This document shows positions 37,063-49,499 of a DNA stretch of 64,000 bases, in pieces. This stretch comes from Azolla caroliniana (lineage: Eukaryota > Plantae > Polypodiophyta), in contig JBHGNT010000001.1 of assembly GCA_043228905.1 (NCBI GenBank), positions 13,516,001-13,580,000 of the forward strand. Direction: 5' to 3'. A model generated the notes under the pieces. It searched no databases, was not told the origin of the DNA, and saw only the letters and a list, made by a program, of their open reading frames with translations. Every line of letters begins with the position of its first letter. Position 1 is the stretch's first letter. The position numbers and the translations under genes are program-made.

Positions 37063-38737
37063 TACTATAACTTGCTGTCGCAATGAACAAATCAGGCTCA
37101 TTTCACCATAGTTTCTTTTTTGCTTCCATCATAAGTATGTCTGTTCTATATAGCCTCAAGCACTAATGATGAAATGATGTTATGTTGTAATTTCTTCCAT
37201 AGGATTCCACCATTTGTTGTACAAATTACTATTATATATTGTTGTATTCATATATGGCATCACATGTTTTTTTCAAATGTATATACAGGTACTTTGGTCT
37301 CTGAATGCACTGGTTGTATTATCTGACTTGGAGACTAAACTATCTATACATACTAGATGGATATATGTAGTATAAGACGGTTATATCTAGGATTCTAACT
37401 ATGACTCATTGTTTAGTACAAATGCTGACGTTATGTTCTAATATTTGGATTTCATTGTACACATTAGTATCACATATTGGTAAGACTCACATATACAAAC
37501 ATGATTCTGGTTCTTGTGGCTGGTCTAGAGAACATCTAGGTATTTGGGTCATGCAGATGAGGCTTTTATGTTGTAATACCTGGATTCCCCTGTTACTATT
37601 ATGCATTGTTGAGATTCATTTATATACATGATTTGAGGTTCTTGTGGCTGGCTTAGAGAATAGATAGGCACGTGAATCTCTGAATGGACTCATTGTATTA
37701 TCTGAATAGATAGGCACGTGAATCTCTGAATGGACTCATTGTATTATCTGACTCGAAGACTAAACTATCTACATAGAGAGATAGATAGATATATTATAAT
37801 CTAAGATGGATATATCTATAGTTATGTCAAATGTGCAGTGGTCATTTACCATGAGAAGAGTATTGAGTATATAAGCACTGAGACAAACAGTCCTGATGGC
37901 AAGTATAAACTATTTCAGAGCTTTTCACCTTATATGTCATAGGTACTATATATATATATATAGTTCTTATAGGTATACCATAATTACTTGCATCTGAAAT
38001 TTCCCCTAATTTATTTTCAGCTGGCAGTTTTAATTCCATTTCTTTTTACAAAAGAGAACAGATGCAAGAATGCAAGAAAGAAAAAATTGAAAAAGCTTAG
38101 TGGTGAAGTGGCTTTGTAATTTTAGATCAATTCCTACTGCAGTCGTTTAATACAGTCAACATTGCGTTGGGCTTGCATGAGACGGGAAATCTCTGATCAC
38201 CTGAGGTAATCTTGGAAGCTTTGGTTCTAAGTTAGATTCCATATCTCAGGCTGCATAGAAAGAAATGGATGATGCATGAAATACTGAAGATGAAGAGGTC
38301 ACAGCTTCAAGAAGAATATGGGATCATGGATATAAGGAACCAGAGTTAAGCAAAGAGCATAATTACAGAATCAATTCAAGAACGTTTCTGAAGGTCCAGA
38401 AGATGGTTTGGCACTTCTTTCAAGTTTCCATGCATTTGCCACTCTTACCACTACCTTTTTATGTAAATTTGAACAGTAAAGAGGAGATTCCAGAAGAGTG
38501 TCCTAGCGAATGAAATTGCATGATGAAATAAATACAAGAATGCAAGAGAAAATCATAAGCTTTTAGACGCCAAAATCACACTGATCTAAACTCTAACTGG
38601 AAATCTTACATTGAAACCATCAGCAGTGGATGAGCTTAGTAAGTGGGCAAACAAGAAGTTGAACCAACATTAAAGAGAAGATGTTTCTAGAAATTCCAAC
38701 GATAATGAAGAGGTTTAAAATAATATGTGAACTGCCA

Positions 38738-38956
38738 TGTTACGGGCATGACCATAAATTATCCTGTGGTAAGTTCACACTTGGCCCTTACATGTTGTCT
38801 CAATTCCTAGGATTAAAAGTAATCCTCCCTTCTTTACACTCTCGTTTAACCCTCACACTTTATTCCCGTGTATAGAATACTACAATACAAACTTCCGTAG
38901 TATTCTATACACGATACAAACTTACCACAGGATAATTTATGGTCATGCCCGTAACA
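38738..38956. mobile_element. 219-bp MITE with TGT..ACA termini
   Basis: Perfect 38-bp TIR (TGTTACGGGCATGACCATAAATTATCCTGTGGTAAGTT), 5-bp TSD TGCCA, internal 17-bp hairpin. Confidence 0.92.
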
Positions 38957-39964
38957 TGCCACCTTTTAAAGAAATAGTGGAACAACTAAAGCAATGGAGC
39001 TACTTCAAGAATTGCATTGAGGATTGAGACATGTCACAAAGTAGACAGAAGATGGTAAGATGTGATTCTTGGATCGACCTTTCATCATAAGTGCAACAAC
39101 ATTAGGATTGGTCTAATTAGCACCGTGGTTCCAATGGATTTGATATTCATGGAAACATGACTTTTCAGGGGTTCAACCATCAACTGTAGGTTTATCACTG
39201 ACTACTTTTTGACATGTACAATAGTTTCTCCAATTGTGATAGGTGAAATGATCTTGATAAATATCTACTTTGTGACATGTCCAGTAGTGAGTCTTCATTG
39301 GGACTCAATTTCTCCAATTGTGATAGGCGAAATGATCTTGATAAAAATAATCATTGTTTTATAGTGGAACCCGATGCTGTGGCAAATGAACAAAACTATT
39401 GAATAATACCATGTATTTTTCACATGAAAAATGAATAAATTTGCACTGGATTGGAATTTCCAACTTTAGGAGTACATTTGACGCAATAGCTCACTCTATA
39501 ATTTGTATGTTTCCTCTCCAACTTCAGCTTTATAATCTCATTATACCAACTTTTTTCAATGTCCAGGTATGAGATTTCAAGCTAGTTTGGAATAGTTAAG
39601 AAACATGGAGGTATAGTCAACCTTAATTTAAGTATAGCACTATAATAAAATACGTGTCCAGAATCTTAGCAGCAAATAAGAAGAAAGATCTCTTCCTGAT
39701 CTTACCATCCAGACTAATAAAAACTGGAACTTTACTTCTTAGTTCCACATTCATAAAAGCCTGTCTGAAAATGTAAATCGACAATAACTAAACTATTACC
39801 ACCTAAACTTTAGAGCATATTAACATAAGAAGTACACATATTTCGCTGACACAGAGCAAGTCCAGGGAAACATACCTGTTTGACAAAATGGCCTTTTGGA
39901 ATACATTGCACAGTCTAGCATGCTGAAAAGCATAAATAGTCTGGCATAAATTATTTGCAGACAA

Positions 39965-41752
39965 TCATTTTGCTGACAGCTTCTCAAAGAATGTTGCCAC
40001 GTGAGAATGCACCTTGATACGATCGGGATCAAAGCCAATGAGTTGCAGTCCATCCAAGTCCTTAACACGAGAAAGTGCCACATACACCATTCCATATTCA
40101 AAAGCTTTTGATAAGTCAGTCTCAACCTTGCTAAGTGTCATACCCTGGCATTTATGAACACTTAATGCCCATGCAAGAATTAATGGCACCTGTACTCTGC
40201 TCACTACCTCCACACCGCCATCCTCAGCCGTCTCCTTCTGAGGTCCTATTGTGATTGCTCCACTGTCAAATCTTACAACAGGCCACAATCCAGATGGATT
40301 GATTGCTTTTTCTAAACCTCTAAGAAGTTTACTCTCATCCTCTTTCAGCTCATCATATCTTGACTGAAAACCCACAACCACTCCTTTTGCACCATTGACC
40401 AAACCTCGATTAGTATCAAGATTCTTAATTAGCATTACCTGTGCCCCAACACAAAGCTGTAAATCCTTTTCAAATCTCATGTGATCAAGCATAAATCTGT
40501 GGACACGATTTTCTATTTTGTCTATAGATGTGAAGGTGATGACATTTGCTCCTAAAGCATTCAGTTTTTGCAGGTTTTCCTGTTTTACATCCACTTTTAA
40601 TGGATACAACCTTGTCGGGGTAATCCCAGTACCATCATCAGGTAAAGCCCTATAGCACATCCTAAGTCTTTCCAGCGTCTTCGGGGTTTTTACCCCTTTC
40701 CTTATTTCATTTAGCATTTGAACAAAAACTCCATCAGACTGTCTGAACACATGCTCAAGTTCGACTTGCAAATCGAAGCATTTATGCCAGCAATCAGCTT
40801 CGAAAGCAAAATATTTCCGAGGATTGGGGGGATTAACAGGAGGAAGTTGGTAAAAATCTCCTGTTACAATCAATTGTATACCTCCAAAGCACACGTTATT
40901 CATCCTAACACTTCTCGCCACATAATCGAGTTTATCAAACAACTCTCCATCTATCATGCTTATCTCATCGATGATGAGCGCTTCAACAGATTTCCATCGT
41001 TGAACTAAATCTTTCTTCCGGAGAACTTTACTGACAAGGCTGTCAGGGCTACCAGATCCTAAACCAATACCTGCGAAAGAATGCAGTGTCGTACCGCTAA
41101 GGGCACAAGCTGCTAACCCCGTCGAGGCAGTTACGTACACCGATCCTTCCTTACACAGATGTCGTAACACTCTTATAATGTAAGAGAGTATAAAGCTTTT
41201 CCCAGTGCCAGCAGATCCAGTCATAAACACAGACTTTCGGCGTGCCACAGCTTCTAAGACTGTCATCTGTTGCTTGGAAAACCTAACAGGCCCATCATCA
41301 AGCCGTAAAGAAGTGGTTTTCTGATGCTCAATGTTGGATTCAGTGCTGGAACCAGGTATAAATACATGAGACAAATCGTCCGACGAATCTCCTAGCACAT
41401 TCATCTGCTGCGTGGAAATCCTAAACTGAGGATTCTCGAGGCCAAAAGGGGTAGTTCTCTTAGTATCTAGACATGATTGTGTGTCAGAAACGGGGATAAA
41501 TACCTGGGGTAAACCTTCACGACAATCTTGGACGTTTGTGATCAGATCCGCCGGCGTGGAAGAAGAAGAAGAAGAAGAAGAAACAGCTTTCTCTGAGATG
41601 GCTCGGCTTCCGACAGCGGGAAGCTGAGGAGTGGGAGAGCAATGGGAGTTAGTCGAGGCTCTGCTGTGCCTCTTGGCCAGGGCGATTTGCTTCTGTTGAG
41701 CAGCTCGAGCTCGCTGCTCAGACGTGATGGCATGATGGTGGTGGTGGTCCAT
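39965..41752 (-). CDS. PIF1: Pif1-family ATP-dependent 5'-3' DNA helicase, intronless
   Basis: GSAGTGKS, ASTGLAA, TTLHSFAGIG, IDEISM, GDFYQLPPV, FRQ, GAQVMLIKN..GLVNG, HKCQGMTL and YVALSRV; all motifs intact. Start taken at MDHHHHH. Confidence 0.95.
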   Translation of the reverse strand: MDHHHHHAITSEQRARAAQQKQIALAKRHSRASTNSHCSPTPQLPAVGSRAISEKAVSSSSSSSSTPADLITNVQDCREGLPQVFIPVSDTQSCLDTKRTTPFGLENPQFRISTQQMNVLGDSSDDLSHVFIPGSSTESNIEHQKTTSLRLDDGPVRFSKQQMTVLEAVARRKSVFMTGSAGTGKSFILSYIIRVLRHLCKEGSVYVTASTGLAACALSGTTLHSFAGIGLGSGSPDSLVSKVLRKKDLVQRWKSVEALIIDEISMIDGELFDKLDYVARSVRMNNVCFGGIQLIVTGDFYQLPPVNPPNPRKYFAFEADCWHKCFDLQVELEHVFRQSDGVFVQMLNEIRKGVKTPKTLERLRMCYRALPDDGTGITPTRLYPLKVDVKQENLQKLNALGANVITFTSIDKIENRVHRFMLDHMRFEKDLQLCVGAQVMLIKNLDTNRGLVNGAKGVVVGFQSRYDELKEDESKLLRGLEKAINPSGLWPVVRFDSGAITIGPQKETAEDGGVEVVSRVQVPLILAWALSVHKCQGMTLSKVETDLSKAFEYGMVYVALSRVKDLDGLQLIGFDPDRIKVHSHVATFFEKLSAK

Positions 41753-43766
41753 AAGGAGGGAAGTGGAAGTGGAGCAGGAGGAATGCAGGATTCGAACCTG
41801 CAACCTGCGCATCAAATCCTTCCGTGGCAGAAATTTCAAAAATCAAATTTGGTGGGTTGTTCAATCAGGATTCAGACCTGGTTTTCTGCTGCTTCTTGTT
41901 TTTCGCTTTCCGTTTTCTCGCTAGTAATTTTCTCTTCTCCATTTTTCCTTCCTTCAATCAACTAAAACGACACACACACACACTAAGTGCTTGATAAGAT
42001 TCTACCAATCTAAGTTGTTTTAGGACAATGTAATCCGTAATTTGGATCCGATATGCTCGAGCGTATGAATGTTGGAACTAGCTTATGAGTGTTGGAACTA
42101 GCTAGAATGTAAGAACCACCTGTATGACCCTTTTCATGAGTATGATGGGGCCACGAGCATGAGGAGAATAGGTTGGTCCAATTCGCCTTTCCCTCTAATT
42201 TGTCTTTTGCTTATGTCGACTACTTTTGAGGAGCTGTGGTCTACCATGTAGCAAGGTTCCCACAATATTTTCAAGCCATTCCAACTCCAAAGAAATGTGT
42301 AAGGGGCCACCTCCATTTTTAACTAACCTCACAACTTGGCACCACCTTACATGTTCAAGATGGAGAGTAAGTTCCACCGGTTCTAATATTTGGTTCTCTT
42401 TAAACATATTCTCTTCAATGAAAAAGTTGGCAAACCATGCCCATATAGATTGAGGTAGAGACAAGATGATAGATACCTTATAGACAACAAAACTTTGGTT
42501 TCCCCTATTAATCTCTCTCATAGGTTAATTTGGCCTTTTGAAGATGTTGATATAATATTTCATTCCTACCTCTCATCCTAGGGACATTTTCAGCTTTGCT
42601 TTCCCCACATTTTCGACACCCCTACATATTGTTCTCCTTTCTAGATGGCACATGCACCTTCAATTGCAATGTACATGAGTAACAATTTTGAAAATCGAGA
42701 GCCACTACTAAACTCCATATGCACTACATGAAATATGTTCCACTTCATTCTAAGGGCGATTTTAAAAGTAAGACACAGTAAGCATTGGCTTGGGGTAACG
42801 CTTTCATGCGAGTAAAGCTTAACATGCAAAAAACACAAGGTCCTCCTCAAAAGACCTTCTCAACTAAAAAAGTGACAATTCTTTACATTACTACAAATGG
42901 CCCCATAAATTGAACACAATACAATATACACCATTACAATGGAAAAGTCGGGATTGGTGATGTTGAGATAGGCCGACACTTTTTTTTGCCAAAGGCAACA
43001 TCTACTCGGTTATCCTCTATATAATCATTTATCACTACAATATGAGATTAATGAATCTTCCACCAATCCAAATATAGCCATTACCACTTGGCCCTAGCTT
43101 TATTCCAAGGTTTTTACACATTTAGTTATGCATTATGATTTCATGCACATCCATTGCGACGACCATATTCCTCATATGGGCACAAACAAGCCTCTACTTC
43201 GTGTGTAGATGCGCATGTCACTATTGACAATATACTTTTTAAAGCATTTGAGAGAGACGACAAGTAGAGTTCTTACACAAATAGTGTCACACTATAAAAT
43301 ACATACCCATATCACTCGTGGCATGGTTCTCATGACCAACTTAAAGACACTTGTAGATACATTGAAGGGAAAATGTTGTGTCCATCTAGGAATCATATAC
43401 TTCCAATTTCCTTGCGTAATCTATGCATGAAGACATGTAAAACTCTTCAACTGGATATTGGTGCTCAATTTCAGCGTGAAGATACAAGGCTCTAGGATAC
43501 AATGCTACATGTAACGCATGTAGTAAAAATCCACCACATACAAGACAAGCCAAAATGAATGGCCAGGTAATGAATCCTAATAAAATACAAACAATGCCAT
43601 CCCAAAAAATCCATTTCTTTTACAGCATCAATGGAGTTAGTTAAACCCATACCTAAAGAGAGATCAAAATGATGAATAGATTGCTTCATTCTCATCCCTC
43701 GTCTGTATAGTTTATGAGGATTCTCTGAACCATGTAAGATTTGAAACAGGAGAAGATTGATTAATT

Positions 43767-46700
43767 TTATTCTTTACTGCGTGATCGCAGACCTACTCGG
43801 GCCAAAGCTTTGTTGCACAGGATTCTTGTGTAAACTACCATTGCAACAATTGTAACTACCACAGCAGCAATATTTGGAATAACTAATGATTGGTTAGAGG
43901 AATTTATTGTGCCTGAACAGACAACTACATTTGTTGCTTCTTCTATGCATATTCCTACCTGGTTAATGAACTGCACACCTACATATTTCTGCAATTCTTC
44001 AATATCAATTACCACATCACCATAACAGCTTGTTTCTCGATGATCTGCATGCTTGATGTGGCATGCATTATCCACATCAACCATCAATCTCATGTCTGAA
44101 CCTTTACTACTTCCATAAGGCTCCACGGGACTTTGAAGACAGTTCTCTGGATGATTTGTAAGGTTGATGTGGCATTCGCAATCCACATCAATAATCAATT
44201 TTTTCTCTGAACCTTTGTTACTTCTAAAAGGGTCTATTGATCTCTGAAGGTAACTTTCTTGATGATTGGTAAGCTCCATGTGGTATGCATTATCCACATC
44301 AAGAGTCAATTTTCTGTCTGAACCTTCACCACTTCCAAGAGATCTCTGAAATGGGTACGGTGGTGCCCGCTGAGCCCTTCGTTGCAGCTGTATGATGTGC
44401 CGACGAAGCAAGAAAACCTCTGCACATTGTTTTAGTTTCTCTTTGTTTTTCATTTCATTCATCCTCTTTCCTGATTTTACAGCAGCCCTTGTAAACTGCA
44501 CAGCAATGAAAATACATAATCTTCTTTCAGAAAAGGTTTACAATCACCATTTCCATTATAAAATCTAACACTAGAGTTCCTAGCCTTACCTCAGCTTCGA
44601 GTTTTGAAGAGTTTGGCGCTCGAGGAGTTGAGGCCCGTGAGCTATGGCTTGATAGCGCTGGGTTTTGCGATAACAACATCTGTATAGAGCTCAAGGATGC
44701 TGCCATGTCCTCAGATTGAGAAGATGAAGTTGAAGAAGAGCTACAATGATCTCTGACCTGTTCTTGAGATGCCGAACTTTGCATTGAATCAATTTGATTA
44801 CCATGTGGAAGTTTACAATTATTGACACCTAACTCAGAAAGTACTGAAGGGTTTTCAGTCTGTTCTCTTTTGTTTAGGCTACTGTTTGAAACTTTAGGAT
44901 AGGGCGAGAGAGTAGCAGCAGGAAATGACAATGGCTGAGGACACAGGTCCTGTAGGCAAGTATCAAGGCACTCTTCCAAATCATCAATGTGTATGTTATT
45001 CCAGTCGTCCTCCTTTTCAATTTTGCTAAGTGATTGGTTCTTGTCATTCCATTGCTCTGGACTCTTCTCAAAACATTCAATTTTGAAGAATGAATCATTA
45101 ACATTTACCTTTCGCTTTACATTTGTTTCTGACAGCTTTACAGGTGATTTATTGTCTCCAGTTAGAGATGCCACCATATCATCTACATAATCACCACATA
45201 TTTTGGAGTTAACATAGATTTTCTTTGCAAGGTATGCTCGTTGGCAAATGTAGACCATGATTATAATCCTCTTCCAGTTTACTTTCTTAGGAAAGTGTTT
45301 GACATCTCTCCATCCTTTCTTGACTGAAATGCTCCCTCTAGACATTAACGCCTCCAAGTCACATACAGCGTCAACTATCTGCCCCTCAGTTGAGACTCTT
45401 TGCCCTTCATCCAGTATAATCTTCTCTCTGTTACTATCCAGATAAGTTTGTATCTTTCTACATGACTGGTTCCATAGATCACTGTGTCTATCTATTTTTA
45501 CAATTCTAAGAAGCTTCTTGAGCAGTAACTTTGACCTAAGGATATATTTAGCAGTAGAGATCAGATTACTGTTCTTAATTGCTGTTGACATGTTGACACT
45601 GATAAGTTTTGAGAAATAAACCACTTTCTGGACTATACGGTTCCTGAGTCTCCTCTGATTTCTAGGTCGAAGACTGCACTCCTTGTGAGCATGGTAATCA
45701 CAAGCATCATTAGATTTGCTTTGCTTCATAAGAGTATGTGACATTCCCTTTCTTTCTCTTTCTGACTCTACTTCTATTTCTTTCTCAGATGCTATTTCCT
45801 CATGTAGAAAATCAGCCATAATATATTGCCCCATCACATTATCAATCAGCATTCCCTCTTGTTCCCTTTCCTTATCATTTTCTTCTCCTCCACGTATTTC
45901 TTCATTTTCTAGCTCTTCACTCTGGTTCACACATGCCACAATGATCTCTCTTCCTTGCTCTTTGTCACATTCTTCTACACAAATGTTTTCATGCTTTTCT
46001 TCTCCTCTTCCAGAAAAAGGAGAGTCAACGTCACTACAATAAGGCCAAGATCTATCTTCTGGGTATAGATCTGGAGTTGTAGGGGCTTCAGGAGATTTTA
46101 ATTGGAAATCATCAGAATGTGGCAAATCATCAAAAACGATGTCATGATCAGCAATTGCTTCTGGGATATTTAATGCATGAGAATTTAAGTGCATAATTTC
46201 ACAATTGTGAGGTGCTGATTGACTTGGAAAAAGAGAGGCATCCTGAGGATGGCTTCTCGACTCAAACTCATGAGAGACTCTGACACCATTGATTAAAGGT
46301 TCCTGAATAGGATTAGAAGCTAAAACATCTTCATCATAGATGTTGCACACCTGAACAGATTTGAGATTAATCTGGGTTTCCTTCACAGAAGATTCATTTG
46401 ACATTGCTATATACATATCTTGAAGACATCCTCTCAACACAAGGGACTTGTTACTTTTACTCTCATGCAGATACTCGCATGTTTTCTGAGGTTTCTCTAT
46501 TTGTGGAATGTTTTCAACGCCATTTTCCATAAAAAAAGGTTTTATAAGTGATTCTCCTGTAATTTGTGTGGTATTTTCCATTAACAAGGGGTTCACAACT
46601 GATACATCCTGGGATTTCCCTGGTTGTGCAATGATTTCTATAGCATTTTCCACTGATAAGAGATCCACCCCTGATACTCGTTGAGATTCCTCTGTTTTGA

Positions 46701-48138
46701 TTTCTGTGGCACTTTCAATTGATACAGGGTCCATGATTGAAATTTTCAGTGACTCTCCCGTTCTTGTAATGCTTTCCAAAGCAAATTCCACAGATAAGGA
46801 GTCCACAAGTGATACTTTCTGAGATTCGCAGGTTTGCGGTATGGTTTCCGTAGGATTTTCCATAGACAAGGGTTCCATTAGTGGTACTATATCAGTTTGT
46901 GGACAGTATTCCATAACACTTTCCACAGACTCTATAACTGTGGCTGCACAGCTTTCAAGTACTTGTGTAGAATTCCCTGTTTGTGACATGCTTACCTTAG
47001 CATTAAGGCCTCTATTGATGCTGTTCATATCAAGACACTCACGTTCTTGTTGTGAACTGCTTTCCATACCATTTTCCATAGACACATAGTTGATAACACC
47101 AACTGCACAGCTTCCAAATATTTTCATAGAATCCTCTGTTTGTGATGTACTTTCCATAACATTTTCCATAACCCCTGTTTGTAATATGTTTTCCTTAGAT
47201 TTTTCTGTATCCTCTATTTGTGATATGTTTTCCGTAGGACTTTCCACATTCCCTACTTTTGGTATGTTTTCGACATCATTTGGCATATCCCCTGTTTGTG
47301 ATATGCTTTTCATATCTCCTGTTGGTGTCATGTTTCCAATCACAGTTTCCAGATTCCTTGTTTCTGATATGTTTTCCATATACATGTAGTTGATGACATC
47401 AACTGCATAACTTTCAGATATTCCCATAGACTCCCCTGTTTGTGATACGCTTTCCATAATATTCTCCATACCTCCTGTTTGTGATATGTTTTCCACAGAA
47501 ACTTCAGTATCCTCTATTGCTGATATGTTCTCCATTGTGTTTTCCATCTCCCCAGTTTGTGGCATGTTTTCAACATCGTTTGGCATATCCCCTGTGTGTG
47601 ATATGTATTCCATATCTCCTGTTGGTGCCAAGTTTCTTATCACATTTTCCAGATTTGCTGTTCCTGATATGTTTCCCACAGCATTTTCCACATCCTCTAT
47701 TTGTGGTATGTTTTCCAAAGCCTTTCTCATACTTCCTGCTTTGTATTCCACATCATTTTCCACATCCCCTATTTGTGAAATGTTTTCCAAAGTCTTTTCC
47801 ATACCTCCTGCTGGTGACATGAGTTCCGCATTCCCTGTTTGTGGAATGCTTTCCATAGAAAATAAGTCTTTAAAAGCATCCGAACCATCTTCTTGAGGAT
47901 GGTGTGAAACATTTCGGTCAAAATACAAGCCGTTTCTCACATTATTTTCAAACCTCGATAGAGACAAAACACACACGTTTGGACCATACCTTCTCATAAA
48001 CTGATGAGTAGCCCTACGAGTAGAGTGCAAAATTCTGTGTCGGACATTCTCTTTCAGACTTCCTTCTTTAAAACCTTGAGATAAACATAGTTCCCACGGC
48101 TTCCTGGGAAGCTTACAAACAGAATCAAATGCTTCCAT
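43767..48138 (-). CDS. uncharacterised ~1425-aa repeat-rich acidic protein with C-terminal TM segment (exons 48138-44590 and 44495-43767)
   Basis: 1203-aa and 244-aa ORFs join in phase through a 94-nt intron (GAG|GTAAGG ... TGTGCAG|TTT); hydrophobic IAAVVVTIVAMVVY followed by a basic tail. Confidence 0.75.
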
Positions 48139-49499
48139 ATATTCCCTCTACTGCATAATTTTTGTTTGTCTCAGGTGTAGAGAACAAAGTTCAAGATTTC
48201 ACCTGAAACGGGGCTTCTCTTTATCTCTTCAAAAACCAGAAATTCAGCCCCAAATACAGGAGAATAACAAGATCTAGACAAAGGCTGGGTGGACGAAGAA
48301 GGCGTCACAGACAAAAGATTCTCCATTGAAAGGAGCTGAGAAGGATTAGCAAGATGAAGATGATGAAGATGGGATCCCCCTGAATCTTTCTCTCTTCTTC
48401 TTCTTCTTCTTCTTCTTCTTCTGCATTCCCTCTCTCTGTCACAAGTAGTTTTCAACCGTTGTATCAGGATTTGAACTAGTAGCCTGACCACGATTATTAC
48501 TTATATTAGGGGATGTAAATAAATAACTATGTGTGCTTATTTAATAAGGAAATGGGGCACACTTAACTACCACAAACTGTAGCCTTCTTCTAAATATGCC
48601 GTCACACTTGGAGCTAATCCATCCATCGATATCCACCTTTATCCCAGTCTTCAAATGCTCGATCAGATCACTAACCCTAGGGTTCCAAATGACTCAAGGC
48701 AAAGGTAAGAGAGACTAGAGTATGGGCGAGGAACATCAATGACTTGTTTGTTTTCGGAAAAGAAGGGTTATGACTCTCCCAAGAAGGTGTTTGTTTGTGA
48801 TGAGTCAACTAGTTCGGAATATTAGTTTGGCTTGTAGTTTCGTTTGTTTCAAACAAGGTTCCCTATTCTACATTAGTCTCAAATTCATGTTTGTTTTTGC
48901 ACATGTATCAATGCTAGTGTTTAGAGCTTGTGAGACATTTAATATTATGTAACTTGGATCACGATATCATACATGATCTTGCACGTCTAGTATTTGGAAA
49001 TAATAGGTGCACTCAATCACAAGATTGTTTATCAAACTTTTAACTTTTTGGCTAGAAATATTTTTGAAAGAACAAAGAATCATAGAATGTTCATACTAAA
49101 TTGTTACAATTTGTGGCATTTTCTCATAATTTCTATTATTTGTATGCACAAGAAGGAAACTATACCATAGTACTAAAAAATAAGCTTGAATGATTATCAA
49201 CAGAATATACTATATCTATTTAAGCTCATATATGTTGTTTATATTCATACCATAATATTGTGCTCATCTCATATCATGATTTATGTAATCTACTTTGTCT
49301 ACACATATAAGATAAACAAGCAGGCATATGTTGAGTTTGTGATTCGCTTTCCATTAATATTAAACATCCACACCATGTCATTGCATTTATTCATTGTTGC
49401 TTTTCACTTTAAAGTATATTTAATCATTGTTTATAGAATTCTTAGTTATCAAACAAGTTATGTATCAAAGAAGGCAAGCTCCATTGCAAACTAGAAATG

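Noticed and set aside
37290-39350. Short local duplications (46 bp near 37661; partial duplicates near 39200-39345)
   Set aside because: Ordinary slippage duplications with no further structure seen.
39965-41839. Pif1 as a Helitron RepHel
   Set aside because: No HUH/Y2 Rep ORF and no hairpin-CTRR end identified nearby.
48001-48025. CTGATGA-GTAG-CC-CTAC-GAG resembles a hammerhead core
   Set aside because: GAG instead of GAAA, no stem I or III, and it lies antisense inside a coding exon.
48171-48491. Upstream ORF as a first exon of the 1425-aa gene
   Set aside because: The obvious GT/AG pair gives a ~52-nt intron that does not preserve frame.
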